Source: Trichosphaerium sp. ATCC 40318 (Eukaryota > Protista > Tubulinea). From it: a stretch of 64,000 nt of DNA. The stretch is taken from the NCBI GenBank assembly GCA_038496445.1, contig JALMLS010000578.1, forward strand, positions 62,001 to 126,000, written 5' to 3'. Position numbers and translations under genes: made by a program. Position 1 is the stretch's first letter; every line of letters starts with the position of its first letter. Of this stretch, positions 63,186 to 64,000 are shown piece after piece. The notes beneath the pieces were generated by a model, which saw only the letters and a list, made by a program, of their open reading frames with translations, had not been told where the DNA came from and did no database searches.

Positions 63186-64000
63186 TACTCAAGCCCTGCC
63201 AAGCATCCTCTCAAAGTACGTCGGCACGCGCTTAACTTTGGTAGCACTAAAGACATTAGCATGCACCTTTGTGCATCGAAGTACCGCTCTAGAGCATGAT
63301 CGTGTGCTTGCACGTTATCCATGATATCCGACTTGGGAACAAGAGGCGCTTTTTGTGTGATACCTGCAAAAAGGGGTTGTCAGAAAAAAGCACTGACATG
63401 AGTGCCAAAATTTGGTATACACGTCTTCATGTGAAGCATGCGTGTTGTGCAAAAAGAATGTAAACAGCACCTTCACAAAGTTTGGCTTCTTCCTTCCATA
63501 CTGACTCGGCCTGTACTATATCAGGCCACCAAGGGTATGTACGGCACTGTACTGGGCGATGCGCGTAAATGCTACACGACTTTTTCTCCTCTGCTCCCTA
63601 AATGTCACCACAATGCTCAAATCGCCTAAACTACGCACTCAGGAATACGCAATCATAGTAATCATCGCGAAGAATCTCCTTTAAACTGTATTTCCGTTCT
63701 TCCGCGTCCCACACCAAATACTCACTGAAAAATTTGTGCTTGGGTATATCCAAGTGTTTAGCGATGTTGTCTATGTCTGTTTGCTCCACAAAGATGCGAC
63801 CTGTATTCAAAGTCACACAAATCGCTCACCCTTTGCGTACGTCACTATTGCAGGGCGCATACCTTGCGTTTTCGCAGTGCAGCATCCACCACACCCTGTA
63901 CATTTAAAATTAAGACCTTCAGGCTCAATCCAATCCATGTTATCGTTTTGTTGGCAAACTGTACGAATTCTGTTCTTGACACTTGTGCATCTTACCAATA
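63186..64000 (-). CDS. YkgJ-family Cys-cluster (CxxCxxCC) protein; 5' end may lie outside the window
   Basis: FKCTGCGGCC, DCVFL, CSIYAHRPVQCRTYPWWP, CEGI. Confidence 0.85.

Noticed and set aside
1-64000. CRISPR array, rRNA/tRNA genes, prokaryotic operons or a non-standard genetic code
   Set aside because: No repeat-spacer array or recognisable structural RNA seen by eye (a tRNAscan/Infernal run would be needed to exclude them); TAA, TAG and TGA all end conserved genes.

Overview
Gene-dense, AT-rich eukaryotic nuclear DNA with many short spliceosomal introns (GTAYGT/GTAAGT/GTGCGT donors, CTAA branch sites, YAG/AAG acceptors) and the standard genetic code. Gene content suggests a free-living amoeboid protist, probably an amoebozoan (inference). 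About 27 protein genes can be reconstructed by hand: three tandem homeodomain-only TALE-like mini-genes, two class C GPCRs with unusual ectodomains, an AT-hook/IPT factor, an M6PR/ATG27-like receptor, MORN/F-box proteins, NBP35, ITPA, a DAG kinase, a large filamin-like protein, a HAD phosphatase, HMGCL, acylphosphatase, hydratase-2/SCP2, a Pol-beta nucleotidyltransferase, a RABL3-like GTPase, NMT, a VWA protein, a Trp-rich repeat protein, a TKL kinase, a VPS10 receptor, a DUF2254-like protein, a 4-TM zinc-finger protein and a YkgJ-like protein. Two things stand out. (1) A 4.3 kb island (50210-54490) is almost free of CpG in an otherwise CpG-rich genome. It holds old DNA-transposon-like remnants and a younger 5'-truncated LINE with poly(A) and a 12-bp TSD, and the CpG loss extends into the last exons of both flanking genes, which points to repeat-targeted 5mCpG silencing. 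(2) The homeodomain-only cluster lacks Asn51 and carries seven perfect TGATTGAT sites in and around its promoters. Coordinates of spliced genes are start-to-stop spans read by eye; no database searches were run.
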